DNA of 64,000 nt from NCBI GenBank assembly GCA_030390025.1, contig JASTWF010000088.1:62001-126000 (forward strand), given 5' to 3'. The stretch comes from Squalus acanthias (lineage: Eukaryota). Below the pieces are notes generated by a model. That model saw nothing but the letters and a program-made list of their open reading frames with translations, searched no databases and was not told the origin of the DNA. Shown here one piece after another: positions 36,094-49,803 of the stretch (its first letter is position 1; every line of letters begins with the position of its first letter). The translations under genes were made by a program, and so were the position numbers.

Positions 36094-37519
36094 CCTTTAT
36101 TATTGTTTATTTTTAGCTGTTCTCGGTTTGGCCCTCTTCTTGGACTCGGTCTTTATTGGAGGTGATCAGTCTCCAATTTCCCCACTTACAACAACCTCCC
36201 CTTTTCTAGGATGCCTATAAAATATTGAGGACTATGACTAGCACACTGATCTCCCTGTCACGTTAAAACACCATACAACTTGGTATCTGCTGTACTCCCT
36301 TATCAAATTGGATATGTCTCTCATGTGTATGCGTTCTTTATCCTGAGTCCTGCTGCGTTGCCTTGGTTTGTCGACGGTGAAAGTAGTCGACCTCCTGTCC
36401 CAGAGCTCATTCGTGATGAGTTCTTGATGGTTGAGGTTCGACTTCAGTCCAGTCTCGATGCCCCCCGTTTTCAAAAAGCAACAAGTTCAGGTCCTTCACT
36501 CGGCTAACCAAATGTTGTTTTAAACAATCCTCCATTGTTCACTTGAGTCATAACAAATTCAGTCTTATGGTTATAATCACTTTATTTTTTCTACTTTAAC
36601 ATAAACAATCTAAAAGCGGAGTATAACTTCTTCAGAGTAGAATGCAGTTTACAAGCAGCGTTTTGTCAGCAGATTTGAACATAGGCATGCGCTCATCCGT
36701 GTAGATTTCTCTCTCCTAAAACTTAGCACAAAAGCTTTTTTTATTCACTGATCTCTTTATCAAACCGGAAATGGCCTTGCCTTATATTGTCGTCTCTGGT
36801 CAATGCATCATCCTTCAGCCGATTCTTATGCACACAAGTTTACATTTCTTGACAACATTCGTATATCAACATTTTTGGCAATGTACACCAACATCCCTTT
36901 GCATAGGTTGCAATGCCCTTGTTGATCATCCTATTGGCAGGAATCCCAGTTTCAGTCCCAAGGGCCTGAAACTGGTCACATGAACAAACTGGCTAAGTGA
37001 AGTCTGTATCTCTCTCCCTTCAATGATGCCAATCACTTTTTTTTGTTCTATATTGAATGAGCTAAAAATGAACACCTTTCAGAAGCCAAATTAGCCAAGT
37101 TCCAGATGCAAAGTATTCATTTATTACCTCAGCCGTGCCCTCTGCCTCCACAGGAAGATCTCCTTTTTGGTCCCTAATCGGCCCCACCCTTTTTTTTGAC
37201 TACCTTTTTACTATTTATATGTTTATAAAATACTTTTGTGTTCTCTTTTATGTTACCTGCAAGTCTAGTCTCATGCACTCTCCTTGCCTCTTTTTTCCTT
37301 TTTTAGTTCTCCTCTGCACTTTCTGTATTCTGCTTGTTTCTCTACTGTATTATGAACCTGACATTTATCATAAGCCTCCTTTTTCTGTTTCATTTTAATC
37401 TTTATAGCTTGGAGTTTCCATTCAATTGTGCTGGATTTTTCAGCGCAATTCACCCAAAATCAGCGTAACCGGCGCAAAAGATTGCGGAATTTTAAGCGCA
37501 AGTTACGTTCAACGCAACT

Positions 37520-38900
37520 CCAGTACTACTGACATCGGTAGTGGGGAAAATGCTAGAGTCCATTATAAAAGATGTAATAGCAGAGCACTTGGAAAACAGT
37601 GACAGGATCGGACAAAGTCAACATGGATTTACAAAAGGTAAATCATGCTTGACTAATCTACTGGAATTTTTTGAGGATGTAACTGATAGAATAGATAAGG
37701 GAGAACCAGTAGATGTGGTGTATTTGGACTTTCAGAAGGCTTTCGATACGGTCCCGCATAAGAGATTAGCGTGCAAAGTTAAAGCACATGGGATTGGGGG
37801 TAAGGTACTGACTTGGATAGAGAACTGGTTGGCAGACAGGAAGCAAAGAGTTGGACTAAACGGGTCTTTTTCCGAGTGGCAGGCAGTGACTAGTGGGGTA
37901 CCGCAGGGATAACAGTGCTAGGACCCCAGCTATTCACAATATATATTAATGATCTAGACGAGGGAACTAGATGTAATATCTCCAAGTTTGCAGACGACAC
38001 AAAGCTGTGAGGAGGATGCAGAGAAACTCCAGTATGATTTGGACAAGTTGGGTGATTGGGCAGATGCATGGCAGATGCAGTATAATGTGGATAAATGCGA
38101 GGTTATCCACTTTGGTGGCAAAAACAGGAAGGCAGATTATTATCTGAACGGCAATAGATTGGGAAAAGGGGAAGTGCAACGAGACCTGGGAGTCCTTGTG
38201 CACCAGTCGTTGAAGGTAAGCATGCAGGTGCAGCAGGCGGTTAAGAAGGCAAATTGTATGTTGGCCTTCATAGCGAGAGGATTCGAGTAAAGGAGCAAGG
38301 ATGTCTTGCTGCAGTTGTACAGGACCTTGGTGAGACCACACCTTGAGTATTGTGTGCAGTTTTGGTCGCCTTATCTGAGGAAGGAGGTTCTTGCCATGGA
38401 GGGAGTGCAGCGAAGATTCACCGGACTGATACCTGGGATGGCAGGAATGACGTATGAAGAGAGATTGGGACGATTGGGCTTGTATTCGCTAGAGTTTAGA
38501 AGATTGAGAGGGGAATCTCATTGAAACTTATAAAATTCTAACAGGACTAGACAGACTAGATGCAGGAAGGATGTTCCCGATGGTGGGGGAGTCCAGAACC
38601 AGGGGTCACAGTCTAAGGATAAGGGGTAAGCCATTTAGGACTGAGATGAGGAGGAATTTCTTCACCCAGAGAGTGGTGAACCTGTGGAATTCTCTACCAC
38701 AGAAGGCAGTTGAGGCCAACTCATTAAATATATTCAAGAAGGAGTTAGATATATTTCTTAAGGCTAAAGGGATCAAGGGATATGGGGAGAAAGCAGGGAC
38801 AGGGTACTGAATTTGGATGATCAGCCATGATCTCATTAAATGGCAGAGCAGGCTCGAGGGGCCGAATGGCCTACTGCTGCTCCTATCTTCCATGTTTCTA
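37520..38900 (+). mobile_element. CR1 LINE, 5'-truncated and decayed
   Basis: [30 protein letters not shown] and 3'UTR hairpin. Confidence 0.9.
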
Positions 38901-39241
38901 TGTTAGAGGCAGGCCCCACCCACAGAACTGGCCACGCCCCTTGATATATTCTGTGGCACACCGCTGGTAACTGGTCTCCAGTCCGAAAATGTTCCATCCA
39001 CCACCACCCTCTGCCTTCTATGAGATAGCCAGTTACTTATCCAATCGGCCAAATTTCCCTCTATCCCACAACTCCTTACTTTCTTCATGAGATATGTGTT
39101 CTCTGATTATTGATAAATGTATTCATTCAGTTTGGATTATTTTGTGGTGTCTCTCATTTCAGCATTGCACTGTGATATGGCCTGCGACAGAGATGGAATG
39201 ATAGGGTTGTAGTGAGCAACGGGGATCTGGGGTTTAATTTA

Positions 39242-40913
39242 TTAGAACTGCAGTCTGATGAGGTGGTCATGGACTGCCCTTCCGGAAGGCCAATTGAGTG
39301 GCTGCCTCCTCCCTCGCTCCTGTTCCTCCTCCTCCTGCTCCATGTCCTCCTCATCTTCCTCTACCACCTCCTCATCCTGCTTCTCTACCTTTTCCTCCTC
39401 CTGAGGTGGTCCCACAATCCCTGCTGGCAAGGGCTGGGCCCACATGATGACCAAGTTGTGGAGCATGCAGCAGACCATCACAAAATGGGACACCCGCTCA
39501 GCCGAGTACTGGAGGGCTCCTCCCAAGTGGTCAAGGCAGCAGAACCGTTGCTTGAGCACCTCGATGGTCTGCTCAATGATGTTCCTGGTGGCGGTATGGC
39601 TCTCATTATATGATTGCTGAGTAGGAGTGTTGGGGTTGCGGAGGGGAGTCATGAGCCAGGTGGAGAGCGGATAGCCCTTGTCTCTGACCAGCTAGCCGCA
39701 AGCTTGATGTGGTGGCTGGAAGAGTGCTGGCACACCAGTCTGGCGAAGGATGAAGGCATCGTGGCTGCTGCCAGGTTAGCTGTCTGTGGTTGCACACACA
39801 CTCCACATTAAGTGAGTGGTAGCCTTTGCGGTTATGGAAGATCTGAGGGTTGTTATGCGGTGCCCGCAAAGCCACATGGGTGCAGTCAATGGCACCCTGC
39901 ACCATGGGGAAGCCCGCTATCCTGGCAAAGCCACATGCACATTTGTCCTGCTTCTCTCTGGTGATGGGGAAGGAAATGTCGTCCCTTCTCCTACTGTAGA
40001 GAGCCTCTGTGACCTCCGGGATGCAGCGATGGACGGTGAACTGCGAGATGTTAGCTATATCTCCTGTTGCAGACTGGAAGGATCTGGTGGTGAAGAAATC
40101 GAGGGCGACGATGACCTTGACTGCCACTGAAAGAGCTGTGGTCACCCTGATCTGAGGCTCAAGGTCTGGTTGCAGGAGGTGGCAGAGTTCTGTGACCACC
40201 TCCTTGCTGAAGCGGAGCCTTCTAATACACTGCTCCTGGCTTAATTGGAGGTAGGAGAAGTGCTGTCGGAATACCCTCGGAGGGTAAGGCCTTCTGTTGA
40301 GAGCCCTGATGGCCCTCCTCCTCCCTCTGACCACATGTTCCAATCTTTCTCGCTGCCTCCGCTCCCTCTGCCGTAGATCCTGGAGGGTGAGGTCGACTGT
40401 CAGTACAGCCCCCATTAATGTAACCAAGTGTAGCACTTTGATATATTGTGAGAATAAATGTAACTAATTTTTAGTAGCCACAACACTCCAGAGACTAAAC
40501 AACCTTTAAATGATTGCATTCAACTGTTGCACAATGTGAAACTGACACGGAAGCAGTGAAACAGCACGAACTTGAGAGCTGCAACTCATGATCCCTTTAA
40601 GTAGCGCTCCTGGAGCTGGCTACCGACTGCTTCATGCCTCCTCTCCCTGTTGCTGCCGGGGCGAGGCGCTAAGGCAGGGGGGCGACAATGAATTTTGCAG
40701 ATCGGGCGCCCAGTGAACATTGCACGCTCACTGACGTCACGATCTGCCTGGTGCTAAAGCCCCAGGCGCTAACTGTTAGTGGCAGCACTAAGGGGCGACT
40801 GGATTTGACGTGCAGCGCTGGATTCGCCTCGCCCCGGTACTACTGCATCAGCGCACCATTAGCGCCCCTGTCAGGTGCTAATGGGAGGAGCTAACCAACT
40901 GAATTTTTCCCCC
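39242..40913 (-). mobile_element. Harbinger transposon A, decayed HARBI1-like transposase
   Basis: GFPMVQGAIDCTHV, NRKGYHSLN and [16 protein letters not shown], frameshifted; terminal gggggaaaaatt at about 40902-40913. Confidence 0.85.
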
Positions 40914-41112
40914 TTGAATTCTTAAAACTGCTGGATCTCTTGCTATGCCATTAACCTCCATACAGTCTGGGAAACCGTGGTCCCCTGTTTATAAGAAAAA
41001 AAACAACAGAGAATCCACTGTGGCTCTACTTAAGAGCCCAAGGGGTTAATTTGTCAAATCATACTTTCCTTCTGTCACCATGGGGAAATATCCACTTAAA
41101 TTAAGAAACTTA

Positions 41113-44100
41113 GGGGGAGAAATTGGGTACCTTAGCGCCTCCCGTCACTTGCCGGTTTGCGGCGACACTAACTACTACCGTCACGCCCTCCTGCAGCCGG
41201 AGATCGTAACGTCATCCAGCCGCGCATCACCCCGGTAACGCCCCGGACCGGAAATTCATTCTCGACCCCTGCCTCAGCACCTGCCATTAGGAACGGCAAG
41301 TAGAGGAGGCAGTTTGCAGTCAGCTGGAAGCTGCAGGAGTGCTATTTAAAGGAGTGAACTTTCAGGTTTTTTTAAGTCAGCAAACAATGCTGCCTTGTCA
41401 CTTTGACAGAAGCAGACAGGTGTTTTGACCCATTTGAGGTTTTCCTACTTGAAGGAGTTTTGCTCCAGACAAAAATTTATCAGGTTCATTTGTCTTACTT
41501 TTGATACTGCAACATTTCCAACACTTAATGAGGGCTGTATTGGCACGGGACCTCGCCCTCCAGCGTCACCGTCGGAGGCGGAGAGAAAGATTGGAAAACA
41601 TGGCCAGAGAGAGGAGGGCCAACAGGGCTCTCAACGGGAGACCTTACCCTCCCAGGGTATTCCGGGAGCAGTTCTCCTACAGTCATCTGTCAGAGGAGCA
41701 GTGCCTTAGTGGGCTCCGCTTCAGCAAGGAGGTGGTCACAGAGCTCTGCCACCTCCTGCAGCCGGAGCTCCAGCCTCAGCTCAGGACAAGGACGTCTCTC
41801 TCAGTGGCAGTTAAGGTCACAGTCGCTCTCAATTTCGACGCCAGCGGCTCCTTCCAGGCTTCAACAGGGGATACTGCAAACATTTCACAGTTCGCCGTCC
41901 ATTGCTGCATCCGGGAGGTAACAGACGCTCTCTACAGAAGGAGAAGGGAGTACATATCATTCCCCATCACCAGAGAGAAGCAAGATGAATGCTCATGTGG
42001 CTTTGCAAGAATAGCGGGCTTCCCCATGGTTCAGGGCGCCATTGACTGCACCCACGTGGCATTGCGGCACCTCATCACAATGCAGAGGTGTTCCGCAAAC
42101 ACAAAGGCTACCACTCTCTGAACATGCAGTTGGTGTGCGACCACAGACAGCTCATCCTCGCCGTCAATGCCCGCTATCCTGGCTGCAGCCACGATGCATT
42201 CATCCTGCGATAGTCCCAGCACTGTTCCACCCACCACATGAATCTCATGGCTGGCTGCTCAGAGACAAGGGTTATCCATTCACCACCTGGCTGATGACAC
42301 CCCTCCGCAACCCCAACACTCCTGCTCAGCACGCATACAATGAGAGCCATAGTGCCACCAGGAACCTGATCGAACAGACTATCAGGGTGCTAAAGCAATG
42401 GTTCCGCTGCCTTGACCGCTCTGGAAGAGCCCTGCAGTACTCCCCAATCGAGTCTCCCTTTTCATCGTTGTGTGCTGTATGCTGCACAACCTGGCCATTC
42501 TGAGGGCCCAGCCATTGCCATCAGGGATTGCAGGTCCACCTCAGGAGGCGGAAGAGGGAGAGGAGGAGGAGGTGGAGGATGAAGAGCAGCAGCAACGTAG
42601 GAGGGAGCCACTCAATCTTGCTTCTGTTCATAATCGCCTCATAACACAGCGCTTCCAATAAATGAGATAGCACATGGCATTTGCGCAGCACAACCACATC
42701 ATTACAGACAGCTCGCAGCCCCTATCACCGGGCAAAGGTCAAATGAGAAACATATCAAAATTTGCTACGTCGAAATAAACATTTATTATTCTGCACAACT
42801 CTCTCTTATCAAACACAACCAATAATAAACAAACACAACAATTTATCAACAAACACAACTGGTTCTTAGCAAACGGAACTTATTTCTTACCAAACTGAAC
42901 AATATATTTACAAACACATCAATTTATTTACACATACTCCCCCATTTGCTGTTAACATATTGGCCCAGAAATTAGACTTCGATGGTTGCCGCAGGGGTAA
43001 GGATCCGGCGCGATCCTACCTACCGCGCCTGCCTTTATGTTTCGGGCCCACACGAACTTCTGGTCCTGGGCCTCACCCTGGTGCCGGCGCGCAGTGTGTG
43101 CGTGTCCCAGAGGCGCAGTTAGTTCGATGCGACCTCTGGGATCACGTGGGCCATGGAGAGCCAATGGCAGCACACCATCTTTCATTCATAGATTTGACAG
43201 GAGAACTGTCAAAACTATGAATACAAATTGCCCCCAAAAGAACAGCTAAACCTCAAATAAATTTTAAAAAACCCATCACATTAATAAAATAACTATAGTT
43301 AAATAAATTAACCCCTTTAAACAAAAATTTAAATTTTTGAAAAAATTTAAATTCTTTTTAAAAGTTATAAAAATAAATTTACCTTTCTTTAAAGTCTCTA
43401 AAAAAGATAAACCTGTTGAAAAAAATTTAAAATACTTAATTAACTACTTACCTTGTTAAAAGGGGGTCTTACGCCTCCTTTCTTCATGTGTAAAATCTTC
43501 AATACTTACCCCTCGCGTTGAAACCTGAAAAAATACCTAAGTGTGCTGCGTGCGCACAGCCTGTAGTGCGCATGCGGTTCACTTAGGAACCGCCCCCTTA
43601 GCAATACCGGAAGTGCCGGTTTCCCGCGCATGCGCAGTGCATGCAGGAAACCGGCACTTCGGGACCGAATACGCAAGAGTACACAGTTCGTACTCTCCCG
43701 TATTCAGCCGAAGTTTTGGGCCATTATTTACTGGGCCTTCCTCAATTGATTCCCTCCCTTTTGCACTTCCCCCCTCTCAACCCTACTGCTCCTCCGTAAT
43801 GTGGCCCCAGTAGCTGCAGCAAGGCTGGTCGAAGGCTGCTGAGTCTGGGAGCCAGAGACTGCAGATGGCCTTGCAGGATGCCCTTGACCAGCTCTGGGCC
43901 TGGAAGGCCCGGCTGCAGACTGCACCAACTCTGCATGGGTGGCAGCAGTCTGGGCTGGCTGGGTTACAGGCTGCGGCAAGTGCAATGACGGATTGGCAGT
44001 GGTGGGAACAGGAATGCTGTGATCCTGAGAGAGGACAGCACCTTCCTGCTCGACCGACACACTGCCACACCCCCAGGGAAGAACCACAACATCTGGAGCA

Positions 44101-44970
44101 ATCTGCTCGAGCACAGATTGCTGGCCTGCTGCGGCACCGTCAGATCCCCGGTGGACAGTAGTCACCCCAGCGCTTGCGTGGCATCAACCTGAGACTGCAT
44201 CAGAGCAGTCTGAGATTGGATGCCACCAACCACTGACTCGATTCCAGCACTAAGCCATTGAGTTGCCTCGGCCTGTGCTGCAATAGCTGCTGCCACCTCA
44301 CCCATTACACGCGGCATGGAGTCTGGGTCCCCACGGTCTCTCTGCGAGTCAACCATCCTCTGCAAAGTGCCAAGGATGGGCTCGATGGTTTGTGCAAAGA
44401 TGACTGCAATGCTGGAGGTGGACTCCTCCACGCTCCTAGCCAGTGCATCCATGCTCTCGAGCACCCTTGCCATTGCACCCATGAGCTCAGTATGCATGCT
44501 CATCGCCTATGTGGTCATCGCCTTGACATTGAGGTCCTCATCTGAGTCCTCTGCAGCAGAACTCGTGCGCGCACTCCCCCTCCGGGGAGATGGCTCCCGA
44601 GCTTCCCTTTCCCCATGGTGTTGCTGCAGCCCACTGGGTCCCAGAGCTTTACCCACATCAGAGCCAAATCCCCAGTTCCCCTCCAGTGACTGCGTGGTCC
44701 CATTATCGAACGTCTCACCCTCAGGAGACACAGGCAATGAGGCTCCGGCTTGGTGTTCTAGACACAAAAGGCATCAAGGGGTATGGGGAGAGAGCGGGAA
44801 TATGGTATTGAGATAGAGGATCAGCCATGATCATATTGAATGGCGGAGTAGGCTCGAAGGGCCGAATGGCCTACTCCTGCTCCTATGTTTCTATGTTCCT
44901 CCTCCTCTTCCGCGTCACTGCCACTGGGAGGCTGAGGGACAGGCTGTTCAGATGGTGGCTGATTATCTGA
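41113..44970 (+). mobile_element. Harbinger transposon B: frameshifted transposase (41501-42661) and convergent partner-gene remnant (43728-44970, -)
   Basis: TTA + gggggagaaatt start; GFPMVQGAIDCTHV, DKGYP, IEQTIRVLKQWFRCLD; convergent low-complexity ORFs. Confidence 0.8.
42962..43722. mobile_element. Harbinger-type MITE, copy 3
   Basis: TIRs ggcccagaaatt / aagttttgggcc; ATT TSD. Confidence 0.88.
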
Positions 44971-45999
44971 AAGCATTAAGGCACAAGAGTGGGTTTAACG
45001 TCAGGGGAGGGGACAGGAAGGGAGCAAGGAATGGAGACAGTATACTTAGATGGAAAGTGGGAAGGGCTTGTGTTGTGAGGGGGAAGTGGTATGAGAGAAG
45101 GCAAGGAGAGAGTGGACAAGTACAAATAATCATTTAAAAGATTAAAAGGAATGTTGGTCTTTATCTCGAGGGCTGGAATACAAAGGGGTGGAAGTTCTGT
45201 TACAGCTGTACAGAGCTCTGGTCAGACCCCATCTAGAGCAGTGTGTTTAGTTCTGGGCACCGCACCTCAGGAAGGATATAGTGGCTTGGGAAAGGGTGCG
45301 GTGGAGATTTACCAGAATGATACTGGGCCTAGCTAAGGTGGCCATCAACAGGTCCAGAATGGACACAGCCGATTGGGGTGTTTGCTCCGACTGCCTGCTC
45401 CTCTTACATGGCTATGTCTGTGCCTGGGTGTCCCTAGAGAGGTATTTACAGGGAATATCCAGGAGGTAAAAGAGTTAAATTATGAGACAGGTTGCATAGA
45501 CTAGGCTTATATTCCCTTGAATATAGAAGATTAAGGGGTGATATAATTGAGGTGTTCAAGATGATTAAACGATTTGATAGGGTAGAGATAAATTATTTCC
45601 TCTGGTGGGAGAGTCCAGAACAAGGGGGCACAGCCTATAAATTGGAGCTAGGCCGTTCAGGGGTGATATCAGGAAGCACTTCTTCACACAAAAATAGCAG
45701 AAATCTGGAACTCTCTCTTCCCACAAAACTGTCACAGCTGGGGGGTCAATTGAAAATTTCAAAACTGTGATTTATAGATTTTTGTTATGCAAGGGTATTA
45801 AGGGTTACGGGACCACAGCAGGTAGAGATCAGCCATGTTCTAATTGAATGGCGGAATAGGCTTGAGGACTGAAAGGCCCACTCCTGTTCCTGTGTAAATG
45901 TGATTCGATGGATCGAATGGCCTGTCTCTGTTGTAACTTCTACTCTTTTTGGCTACCAGTTAGGATGATTAAATCATCACTCAGAATCACTTAAACCAT

Positions 46000-46345
46000 A
46001 AGTGCCCCCTTTTTAAAGGGGCACAAACAATAAGTTCCAAATTACAATAAAACTAACATAAACGCTTATCAAATTAAAATGTTATTCCCTGTATCCATGA
46101 TGCTCTCCAGCCCCTCCTGTGCCCACCAGTTGCGGAAGGCCTCAAGTGTGTCGGCAGACACTGCCTGCTCCATCTCCAGGGACACCTGGGCACGGACACT
46201 GCCGCGGAACAGAGGCAGCAGTCGGAGCAAACAGTCAGTGGCATCTAACCTGGACCTGTTAATGGCCACCTTGGCCAGGCACAGGAGCAGTCCCACGCGG
46301 AGATCCCTCGGCCTGCCTGCCTGCCTCCCTCCACACCGGGTGCGG
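46000..46345 (-). mobile_element. Tx1-clade LINE 3' fragment (a similar + strand piece lies at about 45325-45440)
   Basis: LLLCLAKVAINRSR...VSLEMEQAVS..FRNWW, homologous to the ORF2 C-terminus at 56700-56966. Confidence 0.75.
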
Positions 46346-46554
46346 TAACTTCTCAGTCTTTCTGTGTTCAATATTTCCTACATTACAACAGTGACTACAC
46401 TTCAAAAAGTACGTCATTGGCTGTAAAGCACTTTGGGACGTCCGGCGGTCGTGAAAGGCGCTATATAAATGTAACAGTCAGGTTCTGGTTCCTGACCGCT
46501 GGCTCTGATTGGAACCTTTCTGTCGAGTAATTAATGACAATGCTATCTTCTATA

Positions 46555-48035
46555 AAAGCAAAATACTGCGGATGCTGGAAATCTGAAATAAAAACAGAAA
46601 ATGCTGGAAATACTCAGCAGGTCAGGCAGCATCTGTGGAGAGAGAAACAGAGTTAGTGTTTCAGGTCGATGACCCTTCTTTAGAACTGGAAAAAGTTGGA
46701 GATGGAACAGGTTTTTAAGCACGTGTAGGAGCAGGGAGAGGGGGGAGGGGAGGAAAGAACAAAAGGGAAGGTCTGTGATAGGCTGGAAGGCAGGAGAGAT
46801 TAAGAGACAAAGGGGATGATGGTGCAAAGCAAAAGGAAATGAGACGAGTTAAGAAACAAAAGATGGCTCCAGATGAAGTAAATGGCAATGGCAGAATGAT
46901 CGACAGCTGCCATGTGAGAGAGAAAAAAAATGGAAAAAATATAGGGGCCGAGGTTATAGTCTGAAATTGTTGAACTCGATGTTTAGTCCAGAAGGCTGTA
47001 AAGTGCCTAATCGAAAGATGAGGTGCTGTTCCTCGAGCTTACGTTGAGCTTCATTGGAACAGTGTAATAGGCCGAGGACGGTGAGGTCAGAGTGGGAGTG
47101 GAGCGGAGAATTAAAGCGACAGGCAACCGGAAGCTCGGGGTCACCCTTGCGGACTGAATGGAGTGTTCTGCAAAGAGATCACCCAATCTGCGTTTGGTCT
47201 CCCCAATGTAGAGGAGACGCATCGTGAGCAGCGAATACACTATACTAAATTGCAAGAAGTACAAGTAAATTGCTGTTTCACCTGGAAGGCGTGTTTGGGG
47301 CCCTGGACAGTGGGAAGGAAGGAGGTAAAAGGGCAGGTGTTGCATCTCCTGCGCTTGCACGTGAAGGTGCTGGGTGAAGGGGAAGGGGTGTTGGGGGTGA
47401 TAGAGGAGTTGATCAGGGTGTCGCGGAGGGAGCGGTCCCTTCGGAATGCTGAAAGGCGAGGTGAGGGGAAGATGTGTTTGGTGGTGGGATCACGCTGGAG
47501 GTGGCGGAAATGGCGGAGGCTGATCCGTTGAATGTGGAGGCTGGTGGGATAAAAGGTGAGGACAAGGGGATCCCTATCGTGGTTCCGGGAGGGAGGGGAA
47601 GGGGTGAGGGCAGAAGTGCGGGAAATGGAATGGACACGTCAAGGACCGTGTCAACCACAGTAGAGGGGAATCCTCCCCTCACCTCCCCTTTCAGCATTCC
47701 GAAGGGACCGCTCCCTCCACAACACCCTGGTCCACTCCTCTTACACCCAACAACACCCCTTCCCCTTCGCCCGGCACCTTCACTTGCAAGCGCAGGAGAT
47801 GCAACACATGCCCTTTTACCTCTTCCCTTCCCACTGTCCAGGGCCCCAAACACTCCTTCCAGGTGAAACAGTGATTTACTTGTACTTCTTGCAATTTAGT
47901 ATACTGTATTCGCTGCTCACGATGCGGTCTCCTCTACATTGGGGATACCAAACGCAGATTGGGTGACCGCTTTGCGGAACACCTCCATTCAGTCCGTAAG
48001 GGTGATCCCGAGCTTCCAGTCGCCTGTCACTTTAA
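46555..48035. mobile_element. Penelope-like element (-) with an inverted partial copy (+, about 47672-48035)
   Basis: GIY-YIG LLYIGETKRRLGD on -; the same segment repeated on +; tail with a degenerate hammerhead at 46651-46689. Confidence 0.8.
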
Positions 48036-48036
48036 T

Positions 48037-49195
48037 TCAGAAGGCCTTTGATAAAGTCCCACATAAGAGGTTAGTGTGCAAAATTAAAGCACATGGGATT
48101 GGGGGTAATATACTGGCATGGATTGAAAATTGGTTAACAGACAGGGAACAGAGAGTAGGAATAAATCGGTTTTTTCGGGGTGGCAGGCAGTGACAAGTGG
48201 GGTACTGCAGGGATCAGTGCTATTCACAATATATATCAATGATTTGAATGAGGGAACCAAATGTAATATTTCCAAGTTTGCTGATGACACGAAACTAGGT
48301 GGGATTGTGAGTTGTGAGGAGGATGTAAAGAGGCTTCAAGGCGATTTAGACAAGTTGAGTGAGTGGGCAAATACATGGCAGATGCAGTATAACGTGGATA
48401 AATGTGAAGTTATCCACTTCGGTAGGAAAAACAGAAAGGCAGAGTATTATTTAAATGGTGATAGATTGGGAAATGTTGATGTACAAAGGGACCTGGGGGT
48501 GTCCTTGTACACCAGTCACTGAAAGCAAACATGCAGGTGCAGCAAGCAGTTAGGAAGGCAAATGGTATGTTGGCCTTCATTGCAAGAGGAACAAGGATGT
48601 CTTACTACAGTTATAGAGGGCCTTGGTGAGACCACACCTGGAGTACTGTGTGCAGTTTTGGTCTCCTTACCTAAGAAAGGATATACTTGCCATAGAGGGA
48701 GTGCAGCGAAGGTTCACCAGACTGATTCCTGGGATGGCAGGACTGTCGTATGAGAGATTGGATCGACTAGGCCTTTATTCACTAGAGTTTAGAAGAATGA
48801 GAGGGGATCTCATTGAAACGTATAAAATTCTGACAGGGCGAGACAGACTGGATGCAGGGAGGATGTTTCCCCTGGCTGGGGGGGTCTAGAACGAGGGGTC
48901 ACAGTCTCAGGATATGGGGTAGAACATTTAGGACTGAGATGAGGAGAAATGTCTTCACTCAGAGGGTGGTGAACCTGTGGAATTTTCTATCACAGAAGGC
49001 TGTGGAGGCCAAGTCACTGAATATATTTAAGAAGGAGATAGATAGATTTCTAGACGCAAAAGGCGTCAAGGAGTATGGGGAGAGAGCGGGAATATGGTAT
49101 TGAGATAGAGGATCAGCCATGATCATATTGAATGGCGGAGTAGGCTCGAAGAGCTGAATGGCCTACTCCTGCTCCTATTTTTCTATGTTTCTATA
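48037..49195 (+). mobile_element. CR1 LINE 3' part
   Basis: [19 protein letters not shown] and 3'UTR. Confidence 0.88.
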
Positions 49196-49803
49196 GAATC
49201 ATAGAAAGTTACAGCACGGAAGGAGGCCATTTCGGCCCATCGTGTCCGTGCCGGCGAACAAAGAGCTATCCAGCCTAATCCCACTTCCCAGCTCTTGGTC
49301 TGTAGCCCTGCAGGTTAGAGCATCCCAAGTGCACATCCAAGTACTTTTTAAATGTGGTTAGGGTTCCTGCCTCTACCACCCTTTCAGGCAGTGGGTTCCA
49401 GACCCCCACAACCCTCTGGGTGAAGAAATTTCCACTCAAATCCCCTCTAAACCTTTCACCAATTACTTTAAATCTGTGCCCCCTGGTTTTTGACCCCTCT
49501 GCTAAGGGAAATAGGTCCTTTCTATCCACTTTATCTATGCCCCTCATAATTTTATACACCTCAATAAGGTCTCCCCTCAGCCTCCTCTGTTCCAAGGAAA
49601 ACAGACCCAGCCTATCCAGTCTTTCCTCATAGCTAAGATTCTCTACTCCCGGCAACACCCTTGTAAATCTCCTCTGTACCCTCTCTAGTGCAATCACATC
49701 TTTCCTGTAATGTGGTGACCAGAACTGCATGCAGCACTCTAGCTGAGGCATAACTAGTGTTTTATACAGTTGAAGCATAACCCCCCTGCTCTTGTAGTCT
49801 ATG
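49195..49803 (-). mobile_element. CR1 LINE 3' fragment
   Basis: LQLYKTLVMPQLECC...WNPLPERVV. Confidence 0.85.

Noticed and set aside
39606-42661. Domesticated HARBI1 gene
   Set aside because: Both copies have frameshifts or stops and transposon-like ends
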